Source: Raillietiella orientalis (taxonomy: Eukaryota). Taken from it: a DNA stretch of 64,000 bases. This document shows, piece by piece, positions 1 to 11,200 of this stretch (the first letter of the stretch is position 1; every line of letters starts with the position of its first letter). Both the position numbers and the translations under genes were made by a program. The stretch lies in assembly GCA_036172245.1 (NCBI GenBank), contig JAYWIR010000009.1:4650001-4714000 (forward strand), written 5' to 3'. The notes beneath the pieces were generated by a model. It was given only the letters and a program-made list of their open reading frames with translations, did no database searches and had not been told where the DNA came from.

Positions 1-2694
1 CGAGACTCCGTAACCTCCTCCTTTCCAGCCGCCAATGTAGCCCGCGTTCGAGGGATTCCTTGAGGAAGGGAAAGAGGGGAGGAAGTCCTGCCCGCCGAGT
101 CTCTCGCTCCTGTTTGGTTCTTTGGCCCCGTCTCGCTCGCACCCTCATCCCTGGCCCCCTCGGTTTGCCCTCAGCCCACCTTCGGGATGGCTAAGTATTG
201 GGTCTCCCCAACTCGGCGGAGCTGCACGGCCCTCCGGGTGCCTCACAGCTCCGTCCGACTCTTGAAGCAGCTCGCTGTTCCGTGCTTTCCTGCGCATCCT
301 CTCCGTGCACGCTCTCCTAGACGCGCCTTTTCCGCGAGGAAAAAAAAACTGCCACAATCTGCCTGAGCTCATCATCTCCCCTTCCTCCTCCTTCTCCTCC
401 TTTCCATCTCCTCCTCCTCCTTGGCTTCTTTGTCCTCTCTCTCTCTCGCCCTCCAAGTCTTTTGGGTGTTGTTTTGGCGCAGTGGCCCAAAAAACACTGA
501 AAGAATTTTTGTCCGCGGATCCCTCGTTCCTGTTTCTGCGTCTTCTCGACTGCTTCCATCTCCATCCGGTTTCGCTCTAGCTTATTCCACCCCCACTCCC
601 CACTTCCTCACCCCACTTTGAATCGCGGCCCATCTCCGAAGAGTGCGCGTCCGCTTCCTTTCGGGCTTTGGGAAAAGCGAGCGCACCCCGGGCGCTGCCC
701 CCCGTCGCGGCGAAGGTCCATTTCGCCGTCCACAAGGAAAAAAAAACGTCCATCGTGGCTCGGAGGCCGCGCAGGCTCTGACCGCGCAGTCGACCCCGAA
801 TTCCCACCCGCACGAGAGGAGGACATTAGTAATGGAATGCTCGATGCCAATTTCACGAAAGCACCCGAGGAGGGTCCATTAAAAATCGGATGCTCCGGCC
901 AAGAGCAGACGGAGGAACGCGAAGATGCCGCTTTCCCAGCCGGCTGCTGAGCTCCGCGCTCGCTCGCCCGAGCACCTCCCGAGGTTCCTGGATGCCGCGC
1001 ACCGGAGGCTGCCGGGCGGAAGGTTCGCCTCTCTCCGCGGCTCGCACGCTGCCCGTCCGCGCTGCGCACGCGGGGGAAGACGGCGGCGTCTCCACCGGAG
1101 CCATCACGCAGCCGGGCAGCCACCGGAGCGGCTAGGGATGCAAGAGGGGAATTGTTCCCTCGCCGTCTCCCTCTCGACCTTCATAGCCGTTCCTTCGGCT
1201 GCTCACGAAGAACCGGTGCGCGACAGATGTCTGAGGGTGGAGGAAGAGGCGTTCCGCGGTGAGGCGCAGGCGCAGGAACGTCCGACGGCTTCGCCGCCGT
1301 CGTTCGCGCCAGAAGCCTTGCATCCTCCTCCGGGAATCTTTCGCCCCGGCCCCCGACCTGCTGCTTGGACTCCGGCGTTCCGACGTGCGCGTTTGGCCCT
1401 TACTCCGTGGGGGCTCCGACTTCCCTGGGCCGGCAGGCTGCCCGGTCGTTCGGAGCGTCACGACAAAGCGGTCCGCTTCCCAGAGCCATCCGAATGAGAT
1501 GCTGCGCATTTCAGCTCTCGGACGATAATTAGATAACGGCTCAGCAACCTTCTTATTTGCATGTTTGCAAATTAAGAAGTAGCCGATTCGGGAAGTGCTT
1601 TGAATGCCTCCTGACCGTTTGCCCCGTTGCCCGGCAACAGTAAGGCGATGCGGCGATACCTGAAAGACACGAATCAGCCTGCAGGCGTGCCGCTTGCACT
1701 CGGCGGCCTGGCGTCTTGCGTTCCCCGGGAATCTTAGAAACAGTACTGAACCTAGCGGGTTCGTCCCGAAGAACACCACGTGTTCAAGGACGATTTTGTT
1801 TTTCTTCTCTCTCTCTCTCTCCTTTTTGTTTTTGCACTTGGAACAAGTGAGGGATGGCAATTGTAGGTGGACGCATGGAAGCGTGGTCAACGGAACTTGG
1901 TGTCCGGAATAGGGGGAGTGTCGTCGCCGCTGCATTCGGTGTGTGTGGAAGACGAGGATGGGGAAGGGAAAACTGAAACACAGCATGCAACCGTTCCACA
2001 TGGCATCACGCAGGCCGCCGTCTTCGAATTTTCAGTTTGCCCTTGCATGTAAATTTCGCAGTGCACCCCCACGTACGAAGCTGTGCAAAAATTTCCGTGG
2101 TGCGGAACTGTGTCGGTTCTGAACACGTGATCCGATCAGGCTGGACCTTCTTTCATTCGGATGCTGGTGAACGAAATGGCACGGGAGGATTCGTGTCGGA
2201 TACATCTTTCGACAACGAGGCGCTTGTTCAAACTGATTGAACGCAACAGAACTCTGAAAGTTTTCTTTTCCTTTTTTTCTACTTCCTGTTTCGTTTTAAA
2301 GTGGAGCGTTTAAGACATGTCTTCAACTTCCTATGTCGCATGTGCAGCCCATAGGACTCGCATGACGCGGAACTCATGGCCGCGTTACACGTGAGCCATC
2401 TGCATATCACCCACCCACGTGGGATTCATCCCACCTGAATTAATTGTGCGCAAAAGCGGATTCCAATTAAAAGCAGCTATGGCAGTACGAGTGCAGCTGG
2501 TCCTCAAATGTACTCTGCCTTCCTCCCCCCCCCCCCTCCCTCCACCCTCTTTGTCACCACCGTCGTTACACCCTGATCATTTCCGGTGTATTCCGGAGCT
2601 CCTTTTAGGTCTTTGCGTTTTGTTACATTCAGCTTCAGCGGTTACCATCCCAACCCATCTTGAAAATGGCAGCGTCATTCTGATGCTCTTCTAG

Positions 2695-5600
2695 GTTGAT
2701 ACAGAATGTCAGCTCGGAATACCTCGAAAAGCCTTCGGTGGCGGCATTCAGGAAGCTGTTCGACAACTACGACCCCGAGGTGCTGCACAGGGAGCAGGAG
2801 ACGCTCTTGGAACTGATAGAAGTTGGTCAGTTCTTAGATGCCCTACTCGCCACTCCGGTGATGCGGCTGCTGCAAGAGCACTGCCGTCAGTCCGGTGAGC
2901 ATCATCGGGGGACCGGCCCGTTCACGGAGGAGGGGGGGCCTCTTGCATCGCGACCATAGTCCACTGACGGCTTCCGAAAGATCGTCGAAGACAGACAATT
3001 AACATACATTAACATACAGATTTATTTTAATGTACATGATTATTCATATTTATTAACGTACATGTTATCAACGGTAACATAACAGGTAACCCTTGTATAA
3101 TACGGAAGTTAGGTTCGAGAAATATACACGTGTTATAGAAATCGCGTTATATGAGGTTCAAGTTTCATAGGGAATGTGGAGTTATGTTCTGTGTGTGTGT
3201 GTTTTTTTAAACTATAAAAACAATGATGACATTGAAAAAAAAAAAAAGTTTATTCGTTCAAGTATCCATATAATTAAAAGAGCATGAACAAATACACAGC
3301 ATAAGATTATAAAAATCAGGACTTGTACATAAATTTCATTGTACAGAATGCATGCATCGCAAAATTGAAGAAATGAACATTTTGGTCATCATCATCGCTG
3401 CCTTCAGGAAAAATATCCCGTAGATGTTCTTTATTTCCGGGTGGCCGGTTATCACTTGAAATCTCTTCGGCATCATTTGCTTCATTCTCACTGGACGCTT
3501 CAGCTGGTCTTCTTATCAAAAAGCCGGTAGTAAGACCTTGCTTACCACTGTGCCGAGATTTTTTTTTTTCTTCCTCTATAAAGTCCATAATACGGAGCCG
3601 AACAACTATCCAATTGTCTTCTGAATTTCCCCGAGCTCTCCGTTGGAGGGGTCATCATCCGTAAAATAACTTTCCGACTTTTGTGCCAAATTCAATCCTT
3701 CTGCTCTTTTCTTTAAACCGAACTCTTTAGCGGACCTCAGCACAGCCGGAATCTCCGGTAGAACTTTCCTCACCGTCTTCTATTAACTGAGCCAATTCGT
3801 CCTCACTTAAACCTGCCCTCTTCGTCCATTGATTCACGAATTTCGTTTTCAACCACATCGGAAACGTCCCTCGCCACCACCACAACTGTGTGTCGGGTTT
3901 GCCGTAGGGCTCGGTTCATCATCCACAGGAGGCACGAAATTTCGACAAGCGAGCTTCCCGTAGACAGGGTTGCCACTCCTTTAATAGCATTGGAAACTCT
4001 TGCCGCACTTCCGAGTATTCTGTCATATTTGGATTCGATTCCATTTTTTTTCCAAAATGGATCCGAACGTTCTACGGATAGAATACACGCTTTCAGCGTT
4101 CTGTCGAAACCGCGGGTATGTATATGTTGTATAGGTGCTGCGTTATACGAGAGTCATCCGTAAGCATATGGATTATCCATAAACACTGATGCATATAATA
4201 AGTATTTCTATTCATTTTTTGTTATCTGTAATTTATATCAACAACAAAATCAACAACTTATTCATCGTGTTAATAAAATGTAGGTCAATAAATCTTAGCA
4301 GATATATATATATGTTCCAATGATATTACTGTTAATATTATGTACGTTAATAATCCTGAATAACTCGTGTGTGTACATTAATCTATGTATAATAAGCATC
4401 CATATTTATTACTTATCATCCTTGATATATGCATCGACAACTTACTAATTTTATAAACAAATGTATGTCACTGAATCTTCATAAATATATCTGTTCCAGT
4501 AACATCACTGTTAATAATAATATCCATGCTGATCATTGTGAATAACTACTCCTATTAAAATAAATTGTATGGTAACCCTTCGTAGCCCGGTGTGAAGTCA
4601 CGTGCTAACCTATCGATATCTTTTTGATATTCAACCGCAAGGTGGCATATGCATCTTGTTGTACAACGTCTCCTTGGCAACAGTCTCTTACCCGAGATAT
4701 CAAGTCTGTAGATGAAAGTTGTACGGACCATCCCGTGCGGTTGCCTTTGTTTTTGCTTCCATCGGTGTTTTGGCAAACAAGAAAAAACCTGCGTAACGGC
4801 TCGTGGTCTGTACAGTCAGTGATCTCTCATTGGCCCGCATCGGAGCAACCATTTTGTTTAGTCGTTTTTCACATGGTACAGCTCTTTGACTTTCCAGTCG
4901 CGATGAGCTCCAATGACGGTGTACCAACCACCGTAGACGAACAGCTAGAAGAGGAGAAGAAAAAAAGTGCAACACTTCCAGTCGAAAAACATGCCAGGAG
5001 ATGAAATCGCACGTTGGCCAATCTTTTCGAAGAGGGGACGCTGCAAAAAGCCAGGATAAGCCAAAAAAAAAAAAAAAGGCTCCAAAAATAAAAATGTTCG
5101 AAATGCAACGTGTACATCTACGTTGAACGCCAAGCACAGGCTGCTTTGTGGGATTCCGTACGTAGGCTTTTATGTACGCACAAGTGCAAACGTTGTAACC
5201 CCCAAGGCGTATTCGTTATGATAAAATCATTTAAGCTACTGAATTCATTATTAATTTGTATTTAGAGGTTAATTTCACGTTACATAAATGTTTCTGTAGC
5301 CGTAAAAAAAAAAAAAAAAAAAAAAAGATCGGGCTATAGAGGGCTAATCTATGTAGAATAAGCACGTATGCGTTTATTATGGTGTTTGGGCATCGTGTTT
5401 TTTATGGTGTTCGGTGATTTGGGTCGTTTGGGATATCGGACGGACCGCAGCCGTCCAGTGGGCGCACGCACGCGCTCGTGGCTGTCGCGGACCGCTGCTC
5501 GCAAGGGCGTGCCGGGAAACCGGAAGGTATTCTTCGGATACGGCTGCATCGTCGTCGAAGAGCTGTCCACCTGCGACGCGTGGACATCCCCCCCCTTCCT

Positions 5601-8600
5601 CGAATTTCTGGGCAACCCCACCACCGTCGTTTCGCCGATCCCCCTTCCTAAAGCGCAGTACGCGCGTGGCGCAGCGTCGTCCCCGGAAAACTCGGTCGAG
5701 TAAATGGCGAGGCTCCCTCCCTCTCCGAGACGGAATAGCACGCACGTCTGCGCGACCAGCCCGCGATGGTGGCCTTGGGCGTTTCCGCGCGCGCGACTCT
5801 CCTCAGACCGGTCCGTCGGGTGGGCGGCGGGCCGCTTTCGCCCGGCGAGCGAACGCGTGCCTTTCCGCGGAGTCCTCCGGGCCTGCTCGGCCCGCGTGAT
5901 CGGGATGAGACGGAGGCGGCCGCTCGCAGCCCACATCCCGTCCCCGGGGACACGCAGGTCGCGGCCACGCCCTTCCCACAAGCCGCTAGCGTGTTACTTC
6001 CCGCCTGACTTCCCGCGGACGTCTTTGGCGGACCCCTCCCGAACAAGAGAACGAGGCGCCGTGCCTGCTGCCCTGCCGCACACGCCGGCATTCAAGTGGC
6101 CGTGGCAGCCGCAGCGGGAAAAGCTGGTGCCGAAGTGGCATCAAGCAGGAATGCTCTTCGGATTTCCATCCCGATACCACTTTGGTTGCGCCTCGGTGAC
6201 GCCGCCTGGAATCGCTCCTTCTCCCAGATTCTCATCTCCAGTCTGCGGGCAGCAAGATGTATCTCCGCCTGCGTGGAGACGGGAACCTCTTCTCTTGCGT
6301 TTGCTCCATGGTGCTTGTAGCCCGCGAAGAGCAGTCTAGAGAGCTCGTCGGGGACGTGCCGGAGAAGGCACTTCGGCACGACGGACACGTCGGGCGATGG
6401 GCGCGCGCAGTCTCCTCCGTTCCACTGCTCGGTCGGCGCCCGCGAAGACTTTTCGCAGGACTTTGCGCAGCCTCCCTGCCTGGTGTCCGCCGCCGCCGCC
6501 GATCTGGAAGTGCCTTCAGGGAAAAATGGCCACACATCCTCGATGCACAGGCCTGTGCGACCGGGATGGTTCCTTGGATGCGAGGGGAAAGAACCACTTC
6601 CCCGCCACTGAGACCGACCAGCCCGTGCGGATCCCAAAGGCGTAGCATCCGTTCGACAGGGGGATGAAGGCCCTCCAGCTCAGGGTGGACGACCTTCGAC
6701 TACAGGGCGGTGGAAACGCTGGGAATTCCGGCCACTGTGGCGATCCTCGAGCAGCCGTTGCCCCGTCGTCGTCGAACACATGGCTCCTGGCCCCTCCGTC
6801 AGTGTCTCCTGAGTGCGTCTCCCTGGAAACGGCTGTGCGACCATCCCTGCCGCACGTTCTCTGCCCCGAAGCGAGAAGGAGCCACAGAAGGTCTGCTCAT
6901 CGGAAAAGAACTGAACACGGGGTGCTCCGAAGGGTCGTCCACTCGTTAGCCTCCTGGAAGTCATAGTGGATTGCCGTTTGGACTCTCGGGACAAATGGGA
7001 AGCCAATGGGATCCCGAGAGATCTGAGGAGCGCTGATGACCGCCCCTGCCGTCCGTCCGGTGTTTCTTTCTTCCCCCCTCCCAAGGGAATGCGTCTGCGC
7101 GAGTAGATCGTTTCGTCCGTCTTCAGGTGCCCCCGACCGCTGATTGGCTTTCGAGAGCGAGGGGATCCGCAAAACAAAATTGGGATCTTGATGAGCTCAC
7201 GAGATTCGAGAGCGCCCGTGTCTTCTAGAGTGGTCATCGAACCCCCCTAGCGGACAGCGCGAGAGCCTCGCACCTGCGGACGGCACTCAGGAGCCTGGAA
7301 GCGTCGCTCCCGCCGGCGGAAATCACGGAGGGGATACGCAGGGGTGATCCGAAGACGGAGAAACGCTTTCAGCGTATCCCTCGGGCTCCGGTTTCTCGAA
7401 TGCCCTGGTGGATGGCGCGCATCCTCCCTCGGGAGACGGAGACTGGGGTACCAAGGTCGCTCCAAATTAAAGAGAAGGCGAAAGACAGGAGGAGGGGAGG
7501 CATAGGAGGGAAAAAGAAGAAAAAAAGGCGCATATCGACGTGGTTGACCTACGAGCAGAAATAAAGAGTAGGTCTCAACAGAGGTCCCTCGGCAGATTTT
7601 TCCCAAAAGAGGTCCGCAATCACCCTCCCGCTGCTTTCCCTCCTGCCTTCCCCGAACGAAGCGGAAGGAAGGAGCGCAGGTGGCACTTCAGGGAGGTGAG
7701 ATTCTCGGACGCTCCGGCTGTCCCCGGGATGCCGCTCCTTCCTGTCGGTCCACGGAGCGAAGCTTCCCGCTGCCACTACCACTTCGTCAGCATTCCTTCT
7801 TTTCACCAACTACGGTTGCGTCACCGGTCAGCACAGTACAGCACTTCCTCCCTTCATTCCTCTTCCTTTCCTCCTCCTCTTCCTCTTGCCTTCCCAACCT
7901 TGCTGCCTCCCTCCTCATCCTCCTAGCGTAGGGGCTGCGCTCTCGTGTTCTTGCGAGAATGAACGCTACCGAGCGCGGTTCTCTGGGAAAGGGCAGTATC
8001 ATCCCTTCGCCTCTTATCGGAAGCATCCGGAGGATGCGATGAAGGAGGTAGGGAAGGTAGGTGAAAGGGAATGGAAATGGGGATCTGCTGCCTCGAGCGC
8101 CCAAGTTCACAAGGGTGTTCAGACAAAGCTTTCCTCTGTTAAGGGAGGGCCAGGAATCCCCAAGAGTTCAAGGACCTCCTGAAAAACCTGTGGTTCACGA
8201 TCTACCCCAGGAGGCAGAGAACCCCATCTTCCAGTGGCTTCGAGCACGTCTTTCTGGGGGAACTCAGGGACTCCCTGGTGATCGGACTTCACAACTGGAT
8301 CAGATTTTACTACCAGGAAGCCGCCGGAGAGATCGACTACTATGGATGGATACACAATCTCTATATACAGCCGGTGAGTGCACGCGCGCGGCGCTGCCGG
8401 GAGTGGGGAGAGCTCCTCATCCTGCCCCGCAGCCTCTCCCAGGCAGGTCGGCGCCATGGCGACCGAACTATCCTCCCCACCCCACCCCTTAGGCTTCCGC
8501 GTTCGCCAGCGCCGAGGGCGACTCACGGGGAGGGAGGGGGCGGGAGAATGCAGTCTCGTTGTTGGTCCCGGCTGACCATCTCGCGTTCCCTCCTCCGGCG

Positions 8601-9188
8601 TCGTCAATGAGAGCAGCAGCAGCACGCTCCCCGGCAAATCCTTCGTCTCTCCGCCCTCCTGCACCCGCGGGGCTCGGCGTCTTCGCGAGTATCTTCCGGC
8701 ACGCACCGACCCCCACGGTCAGCTCACATGCGCTGCATCGCCGCTGCATCCCTGGCCTTTATCCGAGCTGCTTCCTCCCTGGCAGAATTTCCGACGCGGA
8801 CGGACGGCCATCCTTCCCCTCCCTCTCTCTGACCGCTCCCGCTGTCGAGAGCCGACCACTGCGAAGTCTGCTAGGTCGGCACCCCCGTCGAGCAGTCACT
8901 GCCCCCTCCCGCACTGGTGGTCCAGCTCCCAGGATGATTTCTTCTCCCCCTTCTCAGCCCAAGAGCATCCTGAAGCAGCGGTTCAGCTGGATGCAGTATC
9001 AGAAGCTTGCCGCGAGCACGATGTTCCTGGGAACCTCTCCCGAGTTCGAGATGGCGCTGTACACCCTCTGCTTCCTGGAGCGCCACGGGGACTGCCAGGT
9101 GTCCCTGAACGGCAAGACGGTGACCATCAAGACGCACGCCTTCTTTTACGATGGGAGAACCTACGTGGCAACCACCTACCCCGCCTGA
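2695..9188 (+). CDS. EndoU: EndoU/XendoU-family uridylate-specific endoribonuclease, last three coding exons (5' exons not found, probably upstream of the window)
   Basis: Exons 2695-2894 (LIQNVSSEYLEKPSVAAFRKLFDNY...FLDALLATPVM), 8144-8373 (FKDLLKNLWFTIYPR...SSGFEHVFLGE...GLHNWIRFYYQE...IDYYG) and 8958-9188 (W..YQK...FLGTSPEFEMALYTLCF...TTYPA*). GT-AG boundaries have compatible phases. The family motifs SGFEHVFxGE, GLHNW and SPEFEMALYTLCF and the catalytic His/His/Lys are present. Confidence 0.95.
3083..4160 (-). mobile_element. Decayed Tigger/pogo-like DNA transposon (internally deleted) in an EndoU intron
   Basis: Imperfect terminal inverted repeats: CAGGTAACCCTTGTATAA at 3083 versus CGGATGACTCTCGTATAA (reverse complement, ending 4160 and followed by TA). 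Frameshifted minus-strand peptide at ~3530-3880 (GGEG.SDVVENEIRE...LSEDELAQL...FTDDDPS..ESSGKFRRQLDSCSAPYY..Y...KQGLTTGFL) resembles the Tigger transposase C-terminus. Confidence 0.65.
6100..6970 (+). mobile_element. Heavily decayed non-LTR retrotransposon ORF2 3' remnant
   Basis: Fragments WKCLQGKMATHPR and PECVSLET...LPHVLCPEAR resemble the C-terminal Cys/His region of L1/Tx1-type ORF2; many frameshifts. Confidence 0.3.
7270..7445 (+). repeat. Dispersed repeat, copy 1 (copy 2 at 9471-9652)
   Basis: Shares caggagcctggaagcgtcgctcccgccggcggaaatcacggag...ccggtttctcgaatgccctg with 9471-9652, same orientation. Confidence 0.9.
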
Positions 9189-9470
9189 GCGTCCGAGGAA
9201 GCCCCACGCGACGTGGGTCCAAGAGCGAGCCAGTGCACGCTGCCAGGTCCGGCCGACAGAAAGAGACCAGCAGAAAAGAATTAAAAAAAAAAAAAAAAAA
9301 GGAAGGAAGGATCGGCGCTTCGCCTCCGTAATGTGTTGACCAAGTGGTGGGGGTGCGCGGGGTCAGACGAGGACCACCCATCCCTTGGCCACAAGGCCTG
9401 CTCCCCGCCGGATTCGTGCTTCTGCCGCCTTCCGCGCGTGCCTTCCCGCAGGCGGTTTTCCCTTCTCCGC

Positions 9471-9652
9471 TCGCCTGCGGACGGTACCCAGGAGCAGGAG
9501 CCTGGAAGCGTCGCTCCCGCCGGCGGAAATCACGGAGAGGGGATACACAGGGGTGTTCCGAGGACGGGGAGACGCTTTCACCGTGTCCCCCGGACCCCGG
9601 TTTCTCGAATGCCCTGATGAGGAGCGCGCATCTCCCCTCGTGCGACGGAGAC
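9471..9652 (+). repeat. Dispersed repeat, copy 2 (copy 1 at 7270-7445)
   Basis: Direct, diverged copy of 7270-7445. Confidence 0.9.
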
Positions 9653-10399
9653 GCCCACCGGCCGTCAGCTCGTCAGAGCACGCGCGACGATCGGTGCCAC
9701 CCGAGCGACCCGCTCCCTGGGGAGCACCCTGGATCACGATGGCTGTTCTGCGCTCCAGGTCGTGACCGCCTAGTCCGCCGGAATGGATTCGTCGTGCCGC
9801 GGGCGGCACGGCGCGTGTCCTTCCCGGCAGCCGCCGCCCTCTCGGCGCGCGCGACTACAGGAGACTCCTCCCCCAAGACCGAGATCCCAGCTGTGACCAC
9901 GCGGCCTCCGCCCGACGGTAGCAGCGCCGGCGCGTCCTCACGCACCGCCCTGCTGCCCTTCCGGGTCCGTGCCCTCCCCTCCTCGTCTCTCCACACCTGG
10001 TGGCGAGACACGGAGGAGCGACCGAGAGCCCCAGGCAAAGCGGAAGCAAACGAGACCGGCTTCCCGTCTCCAGGGACGACGACAGTCCGTCCCTCCTCCC
10101 GGAAGCTGGAGTGGCCGCCCCGCCCCTCCGGCGGCGGCGGACGTACAGCGTTGCCTCCTCGCCGAAGGACGTCCTTGCAGTCGCGCCGGCTTGCATGGGG
10201 CGACGCCCGTCCCTGCGGGGCGCGAAGGTCCGTCGTTTCCGGAGACGGACCCGACCTCCCTCGCCCGCGGGCGTGACGGTAAGCGCGGACCGGGTGGCAC
10301 TGCGCAGCTAGGCTCCGTCGTCAGGCAACGAGACCGGCGGTCCACTCCTCGCCTGAGTCGCAAGATACTGGGTGAGTAATTATGAGGGTGAGGTGCGAG

Positions 10400-11200
10400 G
10401 AGGGGGAGGGTATGAGCGTGCTTCTTTCCATCAACCCGACTCTTGCCCGCGCTCGATTCGGGGACCGACGCCATCTGGAAATCTCGTGCCTCACCTCGTA
10501 AGCACCAGCCGTCGTCTTCCTTGGGCGTGGATGGAGGAGGCGAATCTCGTTGTCTTGAACGCAGAAGGCTCCCTGCGGGCGCCCTGTCTTTCTTGGAAAA
10601 TGCACCGAGGGCATCCCTGCCTGACTGTGCAGTCAGACGTCTAGAGGGGAGGATGAGGGGGTGGGAGGGCTGTTGTAACGGCCTATCCCAGAGGGGAAGA
10701 CATAGCTATCGGCCTATCCTAGAGGGCCGACAAGTTTTCCTCCTTCAACACCTCCGAGCATCTGACTGGACTTGTTACAGATGGAAGGAAATGCGCCCGG
10801 GGCATTTCCCGAGGAAACGGGTGGCGTCTTCCTGCTTGAAAAAGGTGATCTCCAGCGTCTGCAAGGGACGCCTCTCCGGCTTGACTTCCGCGTGAAGGAA
10901 GGGAAGGAGCAAAAAGACCCGCACTGCTGTGCCCATGCTCGAACTTCGATCTCCTCCCCTTCTCTGGAGTCTCCCGACCCGCCTCCAGGCAGTTACTGGC
11001 CGGAGAGCTGGTCTTTGGGATGGATAGGCTCCTACCGCTTCCCACGTCCGAGGTCGGCCCTCCTGGACGCACTCCCGCATCTCCGAAGCCGAGGCAACCA
11101 CGCAACTCATCTCCGGATTTTCTCCTCCTCTCCCTTCCTTTGTTTCTCTGCATTGTCCTCATTGCCGTACCCGTGGAGAACGCGAGCCCCACGGGGAAGG
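10400..11200 (+). mobile_element. Possible decayed LINE ORF1 / AP-endonuclease remnant
   Basis: GGVFLL...GTPLRLDF...CCAHAR...FSSLES spacing is reminiscent of the APE domain; weak and frameshifted. Confidence 0.2.

Noticed and set aside
1180..2250. Upstream EndoU exons
   Set aside because: No frame with EndoU N-terminal motifs and a phase-2 donor was found.
9614..9655. CTGATGAG as a hammerhead ribozyme core (also 55902 and minus-strand 13364)
   Set aside because: No stem II followed by a correctly placed GAAA.
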